Shown here: one piece after another, positions 13,201-25,745 of the stretch
Position numbering within the stretch: position 1 is the stretch's first letter
Layout of the letters: each line of letters opens with the position of its first letter
Assembly: GCA_035221665.1 (NCBI GenBank)
Contig: CM069151.1
Location: 33,914,001 to 33,978,000, forward strand
DNA: 64,000 nucleotides
Reading direction: 5' to 3'
DNA from: Okamejei kenojei
Lineage: Eukaryota
Program-made: the position numbers and the translations under genes
Notes under the pieces: model-generated
What the model saw: only the letters and a program-made list of their open reading frames with translations
Told to the model about the DNA's origin: nothing
Databases searched by the model: none

Positions 13201-13925
13201 CTGATAGGGCCAATTGCGGGCAAATGTGACGAGCTTAGATGGGTAGCTAGGTCTGCATGGACGAGTTATCCTGAAGGGCCTGTTTCCATGCCGTAAGACT
13301 ATGACAAAGTGACTGATGGTCAGTAAGCGTCCAATTCTCAGTGGATACTGACCCTCAGTGACTGACCATTCCAGGCATTTGACCGATTCTCAGCGAGTAA
13401 CCGAACCTCAGTGAGTGACTGATGCTCAGTGAATGACCAATTCTCAGTGAGTGACTGATCCTGACTGAGTGAACAAACCCTCAGTGAATCATGAATCCTG
13501 AGCAAGTAGCCGAGTGATCGATTCTCATTAAATGACTAATTCTCAGTGAATACTGATCCTCAGTGAGTGAACAGTTCGCAGTGAGTGATGGATCCAGAAA
13601 GACCGGATCTTGGTGAATGAGCAGCCCTCGGTGAGTGATCCGCTCTATGACTATGACCTGACACTTGGTGATCTTGAGTGAGCATCCCTCCATGAGTGAC
13701 TGATCCTCGGCAAATGAACAGCCCTTGGCGGGTGATCAATCCTAAGACCATGCCCTGACGTTCGGCGATCCTGAGTGAGCAAACCTTCGAAGAGTGACTG
13801 ACTCTCGGCCAGTGGTCAACTATCAGCTGTTGACTGATGCTGATCCTCTGCGATTAACTGGCCTCAATGATTGGCCAACCCTTGGCAAGTGATGGACCCA
13901 AACAGAGTGAGTGAGTGATTCTCCA
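10245..13925. repeat. Degenerate minisatellite, about 18-bp unit, consensus near CTCAGTGAGTGACTGATC, interrupted by a CR1
   Basis: For example 13407-13463 CTCAGTGAGTGACTGATGCTCAGTGAATGACCAATTCTCAGTGAGTGACTGATCCTG; the same unit recurs through 10245-12240 and 13285-13925. Confidence 0.85.
12241..13285 (+). mobile_element. Decayed 5'-truncated CR1 LINE inside the 18-bp satellite
   Basis: Degenerate GVP.G and K.ADDT (12431-12448 AAGCTTGCAGATGACACT), YCVQ.WSP, and CR1 3' tail GAAGGGCCTGTTTCC..CTATGAC; many stops. Confidence 0.8.
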
Positions 13926-14404
13926 TGGCCGATGCTCTTCCACTTTACCCGGGGAATGCTCTGGGTGGTAATCAGCTGATTGCTGAACTTTGGATTGCCC
14001 TTGGCAACTTTATTCATGGTGGTGCTCCTTGGGTAGTTGGTGTTTTACTGTTTGGGCATGTTGGTAGCACTTTAAAGATTGCTACTGTGAGCTGAATCCT
14101 GGTAATTCACAGATACTGAGTATTACAGATGGAGTTATGGTCCAGTTGGGCTCTACTTGCAACATCACTTGCACCAACAATATTACGCTGTAGCTCATAT
14201 GAAAATAAAACCAGTAATCATATCACTTTTAAGCTTCCCTTCTTTGTGAGAACATGTACCGTTTATATAATTGTTCCTCATAATCCAATCCCACCATCCC
14301 CTCAGTTATTCTGGTAACTCATTATACTTTATACTTTTGACACCATTTGTCATTATGTTGATGAAAAATGGTCACTATCTTCTAAATGGGGTTGTACCAA
14401 TAAT

Positions 14405-15920
14405 CTAGTATGGGTTTATTATTGTCATGTGTACAGTAAAAAAACATTGTTTGTGTGCTGTCCAGAAAATGCATACAATGTAAGAGCTCATCAGATAGTC
14501 CAAAAAGAGAAAATAAACAGAGTGCAGAATATAGTCCAACATCTTCTGAGAAAGTAAAGATTTTATTTAAAGTGCATGGGCAGGAATAAGGTCGATTGGA
14601 AAATTGGGATTAATTCCCCAGTGTGTGAGAGGTCCATTCAAGAGACATATCAACAGCAAAGAAGCTGTTCTTCAATTCGGTGGTACATGTTTTCAAGCTT
14701 TGGTATAATCTGCCCAACAGGAGAGGAGAGCAGAGAGACTAAGCGGGGAATGAATGGTCCTTATTCTGTTGCCCACATCCTGAGGCAGCATGAAGTATAG
14801 ATGGAGTCAATATATGATGGATTGGGCTGTGTTTACAACTCTGCACTTTCTTGTCCTCTTGGTCAGAGCCATTGCCATACCAAGCCATGATGATGCTGGT
14901 TTTGGTGTTTTCAAGAGAGAGTTACAGAAGATTCGGCTCTTAGGGCTAACGGAATCAAGGGATATGGGGAAAAAGCAGGAAAGGGGTACTGATTTTGGAT
15001 GATCAGCCATGATCATATTGAATGGCGGTGCTGGCTAAAAGGGCCGAATGGCCTACTCCTGCACCTATGTTTCTATGGTACATCTGTAGAAATTGGTAAG
15101 AGGTTTTGAATACATGACAAATGTTCTTTAGTCTTCAGAGATGTGCTGGTGTGGATATTCAGACCAGGACAAATTGATGGAAACATTTACACCTAGAAAC
15201 TTGAAACTTTTGACCACCTCCACTTCAGCACCATTGGTTCAGACTGCGGTATGTATTCCACCTGCTTCCTGACATTGATGACAAGCTCCTTCATTTTGCT
15301 GGCATTGAGGGAGAAGTTGTAGTCTTGGCACCATGTTACTAAACACTCCATCTCCTACCTGTTCATTGTTCAGATCCAGCCCATGCAGTGGTGTCATCTA
15401 CAACTTATAAATGAGTTAGGGCAGAATTGGCTGCATAGTCCTGAGGGCATAGGGAGTGATATAAGGGGCTGAGGGTACAACCTTATGGGGCACTGAAGCT
15501 GAGAATTATTCAAGATGTTTTGTCACCTATCTGTACTGATTGCAGTCTATGAGTCAGTATGCTGAGGATCCAGTTGCAGATGGGAGTGGTGAGCCCTAGG
15601 ACCAGAGGTTTGGAGATGTTATATTGGAGTTATGGTGTTGAAGATGGAGCTATAGCCAATAACTTGGAGTCTGATGTAGATGTCCTTGTTATTCAGATAT
15701 TCCTGAGGTAAGTGTAGGCTCAAGGAGAAGGCATCTGCCATGGATCTGTTGCAACAGTATACAAAGTACCTTGGATCACAGCTGTTCGTGAGACCGGAGT
15801 TGACCTGTGCCATAACAACCTCTCGAAGCGCTTCATGATGGCAGATTTTTGAGCCACTGGATGGTAGTCATTAAGGTACACTTACAAAGCTATTCTTTGG
15901 TACTGAGATGATTTACCATT
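14405..15920 (-). mobile_element. Decayed Rex1/Babar-type LINE with nested CR1 3' end (about 14905-15078, +)
   Basis: TTTATTATTGTCATGTGTACAG tail at 14415, degenerate RT motifs (GTGGTGTCATCTACAAC = VDDTT on minus strand; D..KAF near 15640); nested GATCAGCCATGATCATATTGAATGGCGG CR1 tail. Confidence 0.65.
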
Positions 15921-16672
15921 TAAAGTAGGTGGGAAAATAATCAATGAAGAAGCAGGAGAGCCTTGCTGTTTTAGGACATCATTTACTACATCACGGCACT
16001 TGATTTACTTTGCTCTTAGCTCTATTTTTCACAATTTGCTTTCAGTTTTTATGCACATTAATTACTTTCCAGTGAAGTCTCTTTAAAGTTTTGTCTCCGT
16101 GAAGCAGTTTACATTTTCTGCAATGAGTGGCACCTGCCACTTGTCTGCCCAATTTTCAAATACCCTTAGAATTCCTTTAATTTGTCTATCTCCAGAATCA
16201 TCTATTACTTCAGGCAGTGTACTTGTGATCCCCAGATCCAGATGTTCAAAATTAATATTATTACATTCTAGTTGTCAGTGTAGAAACATTATACACAATA
16301 ATGTATGCATGTTATTTAAATATTACATACATTATGTCATACCTGCTAACTCAGTTTACTGTACAGTATACCTGAACATATGCAATAACACATGATGTGG
16401 TATAAAATGCACAACATGTAAAATAATGTACGTAAGTAATAAACCCAGCTACATGAGAAGTTATAGGAATGAGTGCATTTTGTGTAGAAAAATAAGAATA
16501 CGCAGACCAATGGAAATTTTCCAGAAGTATGTAGAATATTTTCATTTTGAGTTGGTCCGTTGCTCTGTTGACAATTCCAGGAACCTGAATGAGTCTAGGT
16601 TTGGCCTGGGATACTAGTAGTAGCTGTGACCTGAGATCATTCTTTCTCCTGCAGCAGTGGACATCACAGAAA

Positions 16673-17329
16673 CAGAGATGCCAACCCTAAATTTAGTTCA
16701 CAGTAACATTTAACCCATTTGTCCGTAACAAATGGGGTTAAATGCATTTCTCTCCGTAACATACTCACCTGGGGTTGTTGCCGGCGGCTATGCGCCTGCG
16801 CACTGGTGCAGATCAGCGGGCTGCCGGCGGGCGGGTGCGGCACATGCGCACTTGGCAAGGTTGCCGGCGGGTCTGCGCCTGCGCACTGGGTGGGGGTGCG
16901 GGGGAGGCCCGGTGATGGGGCTGCCGCGAGCGGCCGGCTGGCGGCAAGAAAGTGCCGCTGATCGCGCGGGCCGGCGCGGCCCGGGCTCTGGGCCGGGCGT
17001 GGCGTGGCTCGAAATGGCGCCAGGCCCGGCAACCCTCCCCCACTGCGCACGCGCGGCCACTGTGGCCCGGCAACCCTCCCCCACTGCGCACGCGCGGCCA
17101 CTGGGGCCCGGCAACCCTCCCCCACTGCGCAGGCGCGGACACTAGGGCCCGGCAAAGTGCCGCTGATCGCGCGGGCTGGCAAACCGGGGACACATGGCGC
17201 CGGTGTTCACCACGGGAGGAACACCGGCGCGGCGGTGTTCCGTAACAGCATGTTTGGCTGCCGGAACACCGTAAAAAGGTTATTTCGCCGGGATAAAATA
17301 CGGCGAATCCGGGACACTTGGCATCTCTG
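16673..17329. mobile_element. Young CpG-rich hAT-like MITE, 657 bp
   Basis: Perfect 12-bp TIR CAGAGATGCCAA (16673-16684 and 17318-17329); 6-bp direct repeat CAGAAA on both flanks (16667-16672, 17330-17335); internal 41-bp tandem repeat about x3 from 17023; no transposase. Confidence 0.85.
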
Positions 17330-17502
17330 CAGAAACAGTGCTCCACCTGATCCACCATTGTGTGTGCTAATGAATATTCTAAATGCTGCAGCCAAGGTTC
17401 CGTTGATAATGTTCAGATGCAGTACAGTCTCCCATGGGAAGATGAATGCATCTGAAAGAGCAGTATGAATTTTCTCAGAAAAATAAAAGAATGGCAGGGG
17501 AT

Positions 17503-18335
17503 GTAATATAGATAAATGTGAGGTTATCCACTTTGGCGGCAAAAACAAGGGGGCAGATTATTATCTCAATGGGGTTAGGTTAGGTAAGGGGGAGGTGCAG
17601 CGAGACCTGGGCATCCTTGTGCACCGGTCACTGAAAGTTGGCTTACAGGTACAGCAGGCAGTGAAGAAAGCTAATGGAATGTTGGCCTTCATAACAAGAG
17701 GATTTCAGTATAGGAGTAAAGAGGTTCTTCTGCAGTTGTATAGGGCTCTGGTGAGACCACATCTGGAGTATTGTGTACAGTTTTGGTCTCCTAATTTGAG
17801 GAAGGATATCCTTGTGATTGAGGCAGTGCAGCGTAGGTTCACGAGATTGATCCCTGGGATGGCGGGACTGTCATATGAGGAAAGATTGAAAAGACTAGAC
17901 TTGTATTCACTGGAGTTTGGAAGGATGAGGGGGGACCTTATAGAAATATATACAATTATTAAAGGACTGGACAAGCTAGATACAGGAAAAATGCTCCCAA
18001 TGTTGGGGCGAGTCCAGAACCAGGGGCCACAGTCTCCTGAAGTCTTAGAATAAAGGGGAGGTCATTTAAGACTGAGGTGAGAAAAAACTTTTTCACGCAG
18101 AGAGTTGTGAATTTATGGAATTCCCTGCCACAGAGGGCAGTGGAGGTCAAGTCATTGGATGGATTTAAGAGAGAGTTCGATAGAGCTCTAGGGGCTAGTG
18201 AAGTCAAGGGATATGGGGAGAAGGCAAGCACGGGTTATTGATAGGGGACGATCAGCCATGATCACAATAAATGGCGGTGCTGGCTCGAAGGGCCGAATGG
18301 CCTCCTCCTGCACCTATTTTCTATGTTTCTATGTT
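17503..18335 (+). mobile_element. Young 5'-truncated CR1 LINE
   Basis: ORF 17595-18053 with QRDLG, LYRALVRPHLEYCVQFWSP and RGDLIE motifs; closely similar to the 3598-5797 element; TTCTATGTTTCTATGTT tail. Confidence 0.9.
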
Positions 18336-21300
18336 CTGCAGTAACCAACAGCTTCAGTGGCAGCAGTTTGGGGTATTGAGTAGTCAATCATCCTTTGCAA
18401 CTGCTCTGCTCCTCCGGAACATATGACACACAGAACAAAGACGGTTTCTCTTCGAGCAATGCTGTTACATTGCATCTAACAACATAGAGGCATTGAGAAG
18501 AAGCCCTTAACACTATATGGTACATCATCAAAATCATTGATTCCTGCAAAACCCCAGAGATTCTGGTTTCCAATCCCTTTCCGTGGTATACTCTGAATTA
18601 ATTCTGTGTAATCACCCTCAAAAACTCTTAAGAATTATGTAAGGGGTATATCTTAGCAAGAGGCTTCTATAATGGAGCTGACTGTGCAATGTAGGGGAAT
18701 ATACCCAGGTAGTTCTTTGTGAATAGTTAATTTTCTATCCAGGTTCTACCTTGGCAAATTGTCTTCAAATAGAGTTGGAGGTGGGAATGTGGTGCTTGGG
18801 GAATGTTAGACAATTGAGCACGTCACTATTCAGATAGATATCACTTTTATCTTTTGCTCACACCAGTTGCCAGCATCCATTCTGGGTGACATTGTGAAAT
18901 TTGCTTCCAACAATTTGAAGATCACGTCCAACTTTACATCTTGATCGGTTAAATTATTAGATAGTAGCTTAAAGCCTGTTAGGCAGTGAAGAAGAATGCT
19001 ATTAATTGTTCTATTCCTGAGCACCGCTTCTGTTCCTAAATGAAAGAGATATCTTAAATTGACCAATAACTCTGCAATCACTGGTGGTCTGGATCTATTC
19101 ATCTTTCAGAATAGAATCCTTGAGCTCAATATCTGGAGAGGAAGTGAGCTGACATTCCAGACATGTACATGTTGTTTTGCTGGCAACATCTGTGTTCTGC
19201 TCAGTTTGGTTTGGCATTACGGAGAGAGTGAGGGGTGAGATGGTGGGATAGTGCTGTTGATATTGGATAAACAAAAGAGTAGAATACATCAAGTACTTTG
19301 GGTTGATAAGAGACTGTGGAGAGTCCGTAGGAATAATTTGGAATCAAGGATGACGAATTCACCAAGACAATGTAACGAGCTTGTAATTGAGACACTATTC
19401 TAGTGAGAGAATGGACCACAGGGATGGATATGAGACAATATTGGGTGTGGAATAATAGGATTTGTTTTACTTTGATGAAGGATTTTGGGGAAAGAGCAGG
19501 ATAATGGGATTAGTTTGGCATTGATACAGGACATTGGGGAAAGGGCAGGTTAGTGGTATGGTTTGGGATTGATAGAAGGCAGTGACGAGAATGAGGCAGT
19601 GGGATTAATTTTAAATTAATAAAGGACAATAGGGAGGTGGCAAGAGCGAATGATTAGGTTGGGTTTGCTCTGGGAAGCTGATACTGACATGGAATACCAG
19701 CTTGTGCTGTAAATTTCAATTTATGGATGTTTTGTTGATCCCATGTTTCTGGTTCTACTGTGCTGCAGAAATAAACTGAGTGCTGCCATTCCTTATGTTG
19801 AACCACTTACATTTTGGAAAAATTTAGTTTTTGAAAACGAATAAAATATACCTCTAAAGTCTGCTTGATATTTGATCCAATGCTTGAGCATAGACATCTA
19901 GAAATGCCTGCTTTAATATAGTGTTTTTAAAGTAGTACAATATCCCTTGACACTTTGGAGGAGCATTATCAAACAAATGTTTGATTACAAGCTGCTTGAA
20001 TAAGAAAATAGAAGTTTAAAAGATTGATCAAATAAGTTGTTTTAAGGGTTGTCTTACAGAAAAAGGTAGAGGAACAAATTCCAGAGATTGCGGCCAAGTA
20101 CTGTAGATTATGGCCGCGATTAATAATATGGTCAAAAACAATTGGGACTGGGGGAATGTAGAGATTTAGGAGGGATGCAGGGATGGAGCAGGTTGAAGAT
20201 GATTGATGTTCATTCTTTGCCTCTGATCACTGACTCACCCAGCTGCTATCTGTCTCATGGTTATAAATGTTGTATAACTATTTCTGCTGGTAATTTCATT
20301 GGTACTGAATGTAAGTAAGAAACAATTTTCTTGTAAAGTGAATTATTGGATTGAGGACCTACATTTGAGGGTCTTTTTTCTTTACATTGCACACCTTTGT
20401 GGCATTATCAGATGAGCCCTTTACTCATTTATAGACATACTCTTGGTCAGCTGCTCTGGGAGTGAATCAAACTAAGGGAGGAATGAGAAGATTAGCTGTG
20501 TCCAGCACGGCTTGCCTTCTTTCCACCTTTGTTTTCACTTTCATGTGTTAACCTTAACCTGTGCACCTAGCCTCACACCCTTTCGGCCAGAACTGAAGGA
20601 TACTTTTGGATGCACAGATTTCCCTTTATTGCTTTCTTGGGGCCAAGCTTGCCACAAAGATTATAGTCATCTGTGATCTGCTGTCATGCAGGAAATTACA
20701 TTGGTTGGGAGCAAACTGCACCATCTACACTTGAAACCCAATTGTCAGGAAGAGATGAAGTTCCAGGGAGGCTTGTGATGGGTCCTTGGGAATCCAGAAC
20801 TCCAGTCCCCACCTCTGTCTGCAGATGTGGTCCAGTGCAGCAGTAGTTCCTCATCAAGTCTCTGGGGAATACTGTCCTCTCACACACTAGAAATGGAGAC
20901 CAAGAGATCCTGCTGCTCTGTTCCCCAAGCATAAGATTTCTTGACTGTTCAGGCCCTTGAGACATAGGGTCTTGTAAAGTAAAATGGTCCAGTGATGAAG
21001 TCCAGCAGAATCCCGAATCCCAGAAGAAAATATGTTTTTGTGTCTCCCCCAGTGATGAGGTTTCATAATGACCTAACCATTATTGAGATGATCCAGGCCA
21101 GATGGGATCTTTGAACCTCCTCTTGCTTGCATCAGAGACAAACTCTCCTTGAGTCCTGTACATCCTTGACTTCACTTCTTCACAAGATCATAGTTGAGGT
21201 CAATTGGATTCCTGTCCGCACCTCCGAGATGGGACCCAGCTAACCCAGGATTCCCTAGAGACAGGACCCACAACTTCTGCTCACCTCTGAGCTTAAATTC

Positions 21301-21699
21301 CCGAAACATTGGCTCTAAGCAGGGTTGTATGCATTCTCCCTAATCCACCTACAGATGTAGAATACCAAGGCAACAGGAATTGCATCGATGGTATAGAGGG
21401 TCTACAAATATCAACCAGAGATGAGGTACAAAGGTTCTGGCCCATTAGCAATGTCTCACTGCTGCTGTACTTTGTTATCAGATAATAAGGCTCTGTTCAT
21501 TTATTGTTGGAGCTGTGGAATGTATTTGGCTTATCAATGTTTTAATATTAAATATATTTGAAATTGATCAAATGATTCATATTTCTGTGTCATGAAGGAC
21601 ATTGAGGATCCATTACTCCTGGATAATCAAAGAAATTCAACCTGATAATATCAGAATAGTGATCCTATAATAAAAGGAGTTTAATTCTGAAAGGTCAGA

Positions 21700-22870
21700 A
21701 GTGAGTCATTGAGTATCCAATACAGAAACAGGCCATTCAGTCCAACCTATCCACCTGGACATAGAGGCTCATCTAAGCTAGTTTCATTTGCTCATGTTTC
21801 ACCCATACCCCTCTAAACCTTGAACCTTCCAAATGTTTTTAAAATGTTGTCATTGTACCTGCCTCAATCCTTCCTCTGGCAGCTTGTTCCAATATATGAA
21901 TCACCCTCTGAGTGATGATGTTGCCTCTTATAAGTCTGTCCCCATTCCTAAACCAATGCCATCTAGTTTTTGATTTCCTTTCCCTGGGAAATGACTGTGT
22001 GCATTCATTTTATCTATGCCCATCATGCTTTTACACATCTCTGTAAAGTTACCCTTCAGTTTCCTATGCTCCAAGAAATGAATTCCTAGTTTGCTCAACT
22101 TCTCATTATAACACAAGCCTTTGAGTCCTGGCAATATTCTCGTAAATCTTCTTTGCTCTCTTTCCAGCTTAATGGCATCTTTCGAATAGCAAGGTAACCA
22201 CAACTGTACACTATACTCCAAATGTGACCTCACCAATATCTTGTACAACTGCAACATAACTTTCCAACTTCTTGTACTCCGACCGATCTATTCCACAGTA
22301 AAAACCATTAAGAACTATTTATAAAAAATCTCATCCTCCTGCGACTCTACACATAGACGACCAAGCTGATCTTTAAGGGGATCTATTTCTCCCCAGCTAC
22401 CCTTTTACTCCTAATATACCTGAAGAATCACTTGGGATTTTATTTTACCTTGCCCTTTTTTTGCCTTCCATGATTTCCATTTTAAATGTACTCTCACACG
22501 TGTACTCGTTGAGGGATGTGCTTGATCCAGATGCCCCAAAACAGGCATTTCATCTCCTGACTGGAGCCTCAATATCTCTCACCAGATTTCCGTAAACGTG
22601 CCAGTCTTGCTTTTCACCATAACACAAACATGCTGTCCATGAATATTGCTATTTCGCTTTTTAAATCCTCCCATTTACCAGACATCGTTTTCTCGGCAAA
22701 CAGTCTCATCCAACTGACTTCTGGAAGCTCCTGCTGAATGCCTCAAAAATGGACCTGCCCCTATGTAGGACCTTAACCTGTGGATCAGTTCTATCTGTCC
22801 TCATAACTATTTAAAAACTAATAGTATTCTTGTCATTGTCCCAAAATGCTCACCTACTAACACCGCAGTC
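21700..22870 (-). mobile_element. Old CR1 LINE fragment with internal deletion
   Basis: MLQLYKILVRSHLEYSVQLW ORF 21928-22257; CR1 tail near 21705-21740; a more 5' part of ORF2 is juxtaposed at about 22285. Confidence 0.75.
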
Positions 22871-23503
22871 ACTTTGCTGGGCTAATAGGCAGGTGATAGT
22901 GAGAAATCAGACAACAGGTGAACATGTGAGAGAAGCATCTGTTCTAGGATCTTAGTCCAAACATAAAGATTTACTGTCTTGGATACAGAAGGTTAGAAGG
23001 ATCTGGCATAGGAAATGTGAGTCAGATCCTGAACAGGGACTAGAGGAGCAATGGAGATGATTAGAAACCCCAGCATTGGTCTATGAGGAATGTCACACAC
23101 GGGTCACCCAACTAATTCAGAAGCTGATGCCTTGTGAGGCACCTTTAAGGTATGAAGGAAAACATATTTAATTACTTTATTAAAGTGAAAGGCAGTGGTG
23201 CTGGAGCGTTCGATAATGGGTTGTTACATTGCTGAGTGATGATGCCCAGCCCCTGGCAATGATGCCTTGTGCTAAATGTGATCAATGAGGACATGCGGAC
23301 AGCTATTCTTGTAAGGAGGCAGGAGGTGCAGAAATAAATGAGTAAAAATTAACCTATTATTTTAATACTGGTCCTAAGATATTCAGAAATAGCAGCTGAG
23401 CTCAGTGTGTTTGGTGCTCCCTTTGGATTTCCATACTGTCACTTTTTGTTGTAGAAATCCAACCACATCTGTAGAATAGGAAATGAGAAAAGGGGAGGGG
23501 GTG

Positions 23504-23528
23504 GGAGAGAGAGAGAGAGAGAGAGAGA
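23504..23528. repeat. (GA)n microsatellite upstream of the FLNC promoter
   Basis: Direct GA run. Confidence 0.9.
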
Positions 23529-23999
23529 TGGGGAGAATTATGTCCAGGGGCATTTATCTATTCGGCGGGACAGAAGTCTCGGTTAATTGCACCCTCCGAG
23601 GATTAACTTGAATAAAGGTGGAAGTGAAGCGGATTTGCCCTAATCTGGATTATTAATCCATTGAATACACATTTTCCTGTAGAGTTTATCACTAAATACA
23701 ATGAAAACATTTGAGTCCCTTCCCCAGGGGAGTTGACCCATTGAATGGGAGGTACAGGTTAATACTTGAAAGAGTAGATTTGGGGCAAGTAAATTGAAGA
23801 TTAGTGAATTAACTCTTTCATGCATTGGGAGTGATGTAGGTTGACAGACCATCCTAACGTGGAAAAGTTAACCCATTTGGGTGGATGGATGTTAATTCAA
23901 CCACAGAATAAGCTGGGAAGCCCCAAGGCAGCCCCCTCTCCCTCTCCCTCTCCCCCTCCCCCTTTACTGGAAAGTTCATCTATGAACACACAGGCAGGA

Positions 24000-24413
24000 A
24001 CCCGGTTAACCCATTCGTGCCCTCGAGTGTTTGCTGTTCTAAAAATAAGGCCGGAGTGCGCGGCGCCGCGCAATGAGCGGGTGGCTATGATTAGCCGCGG
24101 GAGCGGGGAGGGGCGGTCGCCGCGGGCCGCGAACACTTGATTCGGTGCGGGGTTTATATGGACATGGCCTCGGGATTCCTGGCGATCCTGGGCTCTGACG
24201 TGAACTCGGAGCAGCCGTCACTGATTAAAAAGTGCGGCTGGGCTGGGAGCGCGATCATTCGGCGAGAGGGAGCCGAGGAGAACAGCCTTCGGGCGGAGTG
24301 GACACTTGGTGTTGGGCAGCGGCAAACGCGGACTCACTCACTCACTCACTCACTCGCGGCTTGTGCACCGACCCCGCAAAGTTTGAGCAAAGTTTGAGCG
24401 CCACATCCCGGCC
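24000..24413 (+). promoter_or_regulatory. FLNC: FLNC CpG-island promoter and 5' UTR
   Basis: Sharp rise in CpG density (about 24050-24830); MEF2 consensus CTAAAAATAA 24039-24048; GC box GGGGAGGGGCGG near 24105-24116; CRE-like TGACGTGA 24196-24203 and CGTCA 24216-24220; TATA-like GATTAAAAA 24223-24231; (ACTC)n 24332-24355; GCC|ATG start context. Confidence 0.7.
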
Positions 24414-24759
24414 ATGACTTCTCTGGATCAGCAAGGACATGCCGCCAACGGGCAGGACGACGGCGAGATGCCGGCAACCGAGAAGGACCTGGCGGAGGAC
24501 GCGCCCTGGAAGAAGATCCAGCAGAACACCTTCACCCGTTGGTGCAACGAGCACCTCAAGTGTATGAACAAGCGCATCGGCGACCTGCAGAAGGACCTGG
24601 GCGACGGCCTGCGGCTGATCGGGCTCCTCGAGGTCCTCAGCCAGAAGAAGATGTACAGAAAGTACCACTCGCGGCCCAACTTCCGTCAGATGAAGCTGGA
24701 GAACGTCTCGGTGGCCCTGGAGTTCCTGGACCGAGAGCGGATTAAACTAGTCTCTATCG
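24414..24759 (+). CDS. FLNC: Filamin-C exon 1 (CH1 domain)
   Basis: [37 protein letters not shown]; donor G|GTAGGT; 346 nt, ends phase 1. Confidence 0.95.
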
Positions 24760-25619
24760 GTAGGTGCCCCGCCCGCCGTGTGACCCCCTAGTCCTCCTCT
24801 CGCCCCCCACCCCCTCCCTCCCTCCCCTCTCGCCCAGCCTTCTCGATGGGTCTCGCTTACAGTACCTGGGACAAACCAGGTGTCAGATCCAATACCACAC
24901 GCTCACCCTGTGGGGAGCAGGGGACCCACACTCAACCCCTTGCCTTCAGCCTACTCCTGGGGCAGTTCCTTCGATACTTTGATACGATAACCCAGAGTTT
25001 CAGCAGAATAAGGAGAAACATCTCCTCCAGCGGCACAATGGTTTGTAACTGGGGACACACACAGTTGGGGGTGATGAACAAGTTCACCAGCGTGGTTAAA
25101 ATGTACTTTTACGATCTGAGATGGATCGGGCAAGCAGATTATTTTGTTGTAACCTTTGGCAGCGAATGGGATTTGAGGGGAGGGCGTGAACGGACCTATG
25201 GAGGAAATGAGGCAAACTGCTTCCAATTTCTGCCTTCTATCCTGGATCGCTCTCTGAATTCCGTAATACACTAAATCTGGACAAATTTCAATTTATACAG
25301 AATCTTATCATGTCTCATAACGGCTAGTACGGCTGTAGCTAAAATTAGTAATTTGGCAATGAGTGTGTGTGATAAAGGGACCCATTGCCCTGACCCAGAA
25401 GGCCATCTGATGGTGCTGTGAATCCATGGGCATTGTTAAATCCAACAGCAATGTTGGAAATGTGCGCCAGGAAGAGATTCAGCCTATTGATTCCACATCA
25501 ACTACCAACAGTTCAATTCTTCCTCCTTTTCCTAGCCTTGCAAAACACACTTTTTAACGTTATTTTTGCTATTTCCCATGGTAATCCCATGATGGTAACT
25601 CACAGTAGCAACTAATCAG

Positions 25620-25745
25620 CAGGCGTTTGGGATGTGGGAGCACGGGATGAAACCTATGTTGTTATTGAGGGAATGTGAAAACCTCACACAGATAGCACCT
25701 GAGGTCAGAATTGAACACAAGTCCCAGGAGATGAGACTGTCCCCG
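25620..25745 (-). mobile_element. Decayed tRNA-derived SINE fragment
   Basis: TTTGGGATGTGGGAG..ACCTCACACAGATAGCACCTGAGGTCAGAATTGAAC resembles the reverse complement of the SINE at 28076. Confidence 0.55.

Noticed and set aside
10245-13925. Periodic array as a CRISPR array or a repeat-coding exon
   Set aside because: Eukaryotic context, no unique spacers, degenerate units, and frequent stops in all frames.
16664-17548. Overlapping GC-rich ORFs suggesting a gene or genuine CpG-island promoter
   Set aside because: Bounded by TIRs and a TSD and containing tandem repeats; a non-coding MITE.
20690-21360. GC-moderate unique-looking segment with an 89-aa minus-strand ORF
   Set aside because: No recognisable motif or convincing splice signals; possibly an old transposon remnant that I cannot classify.
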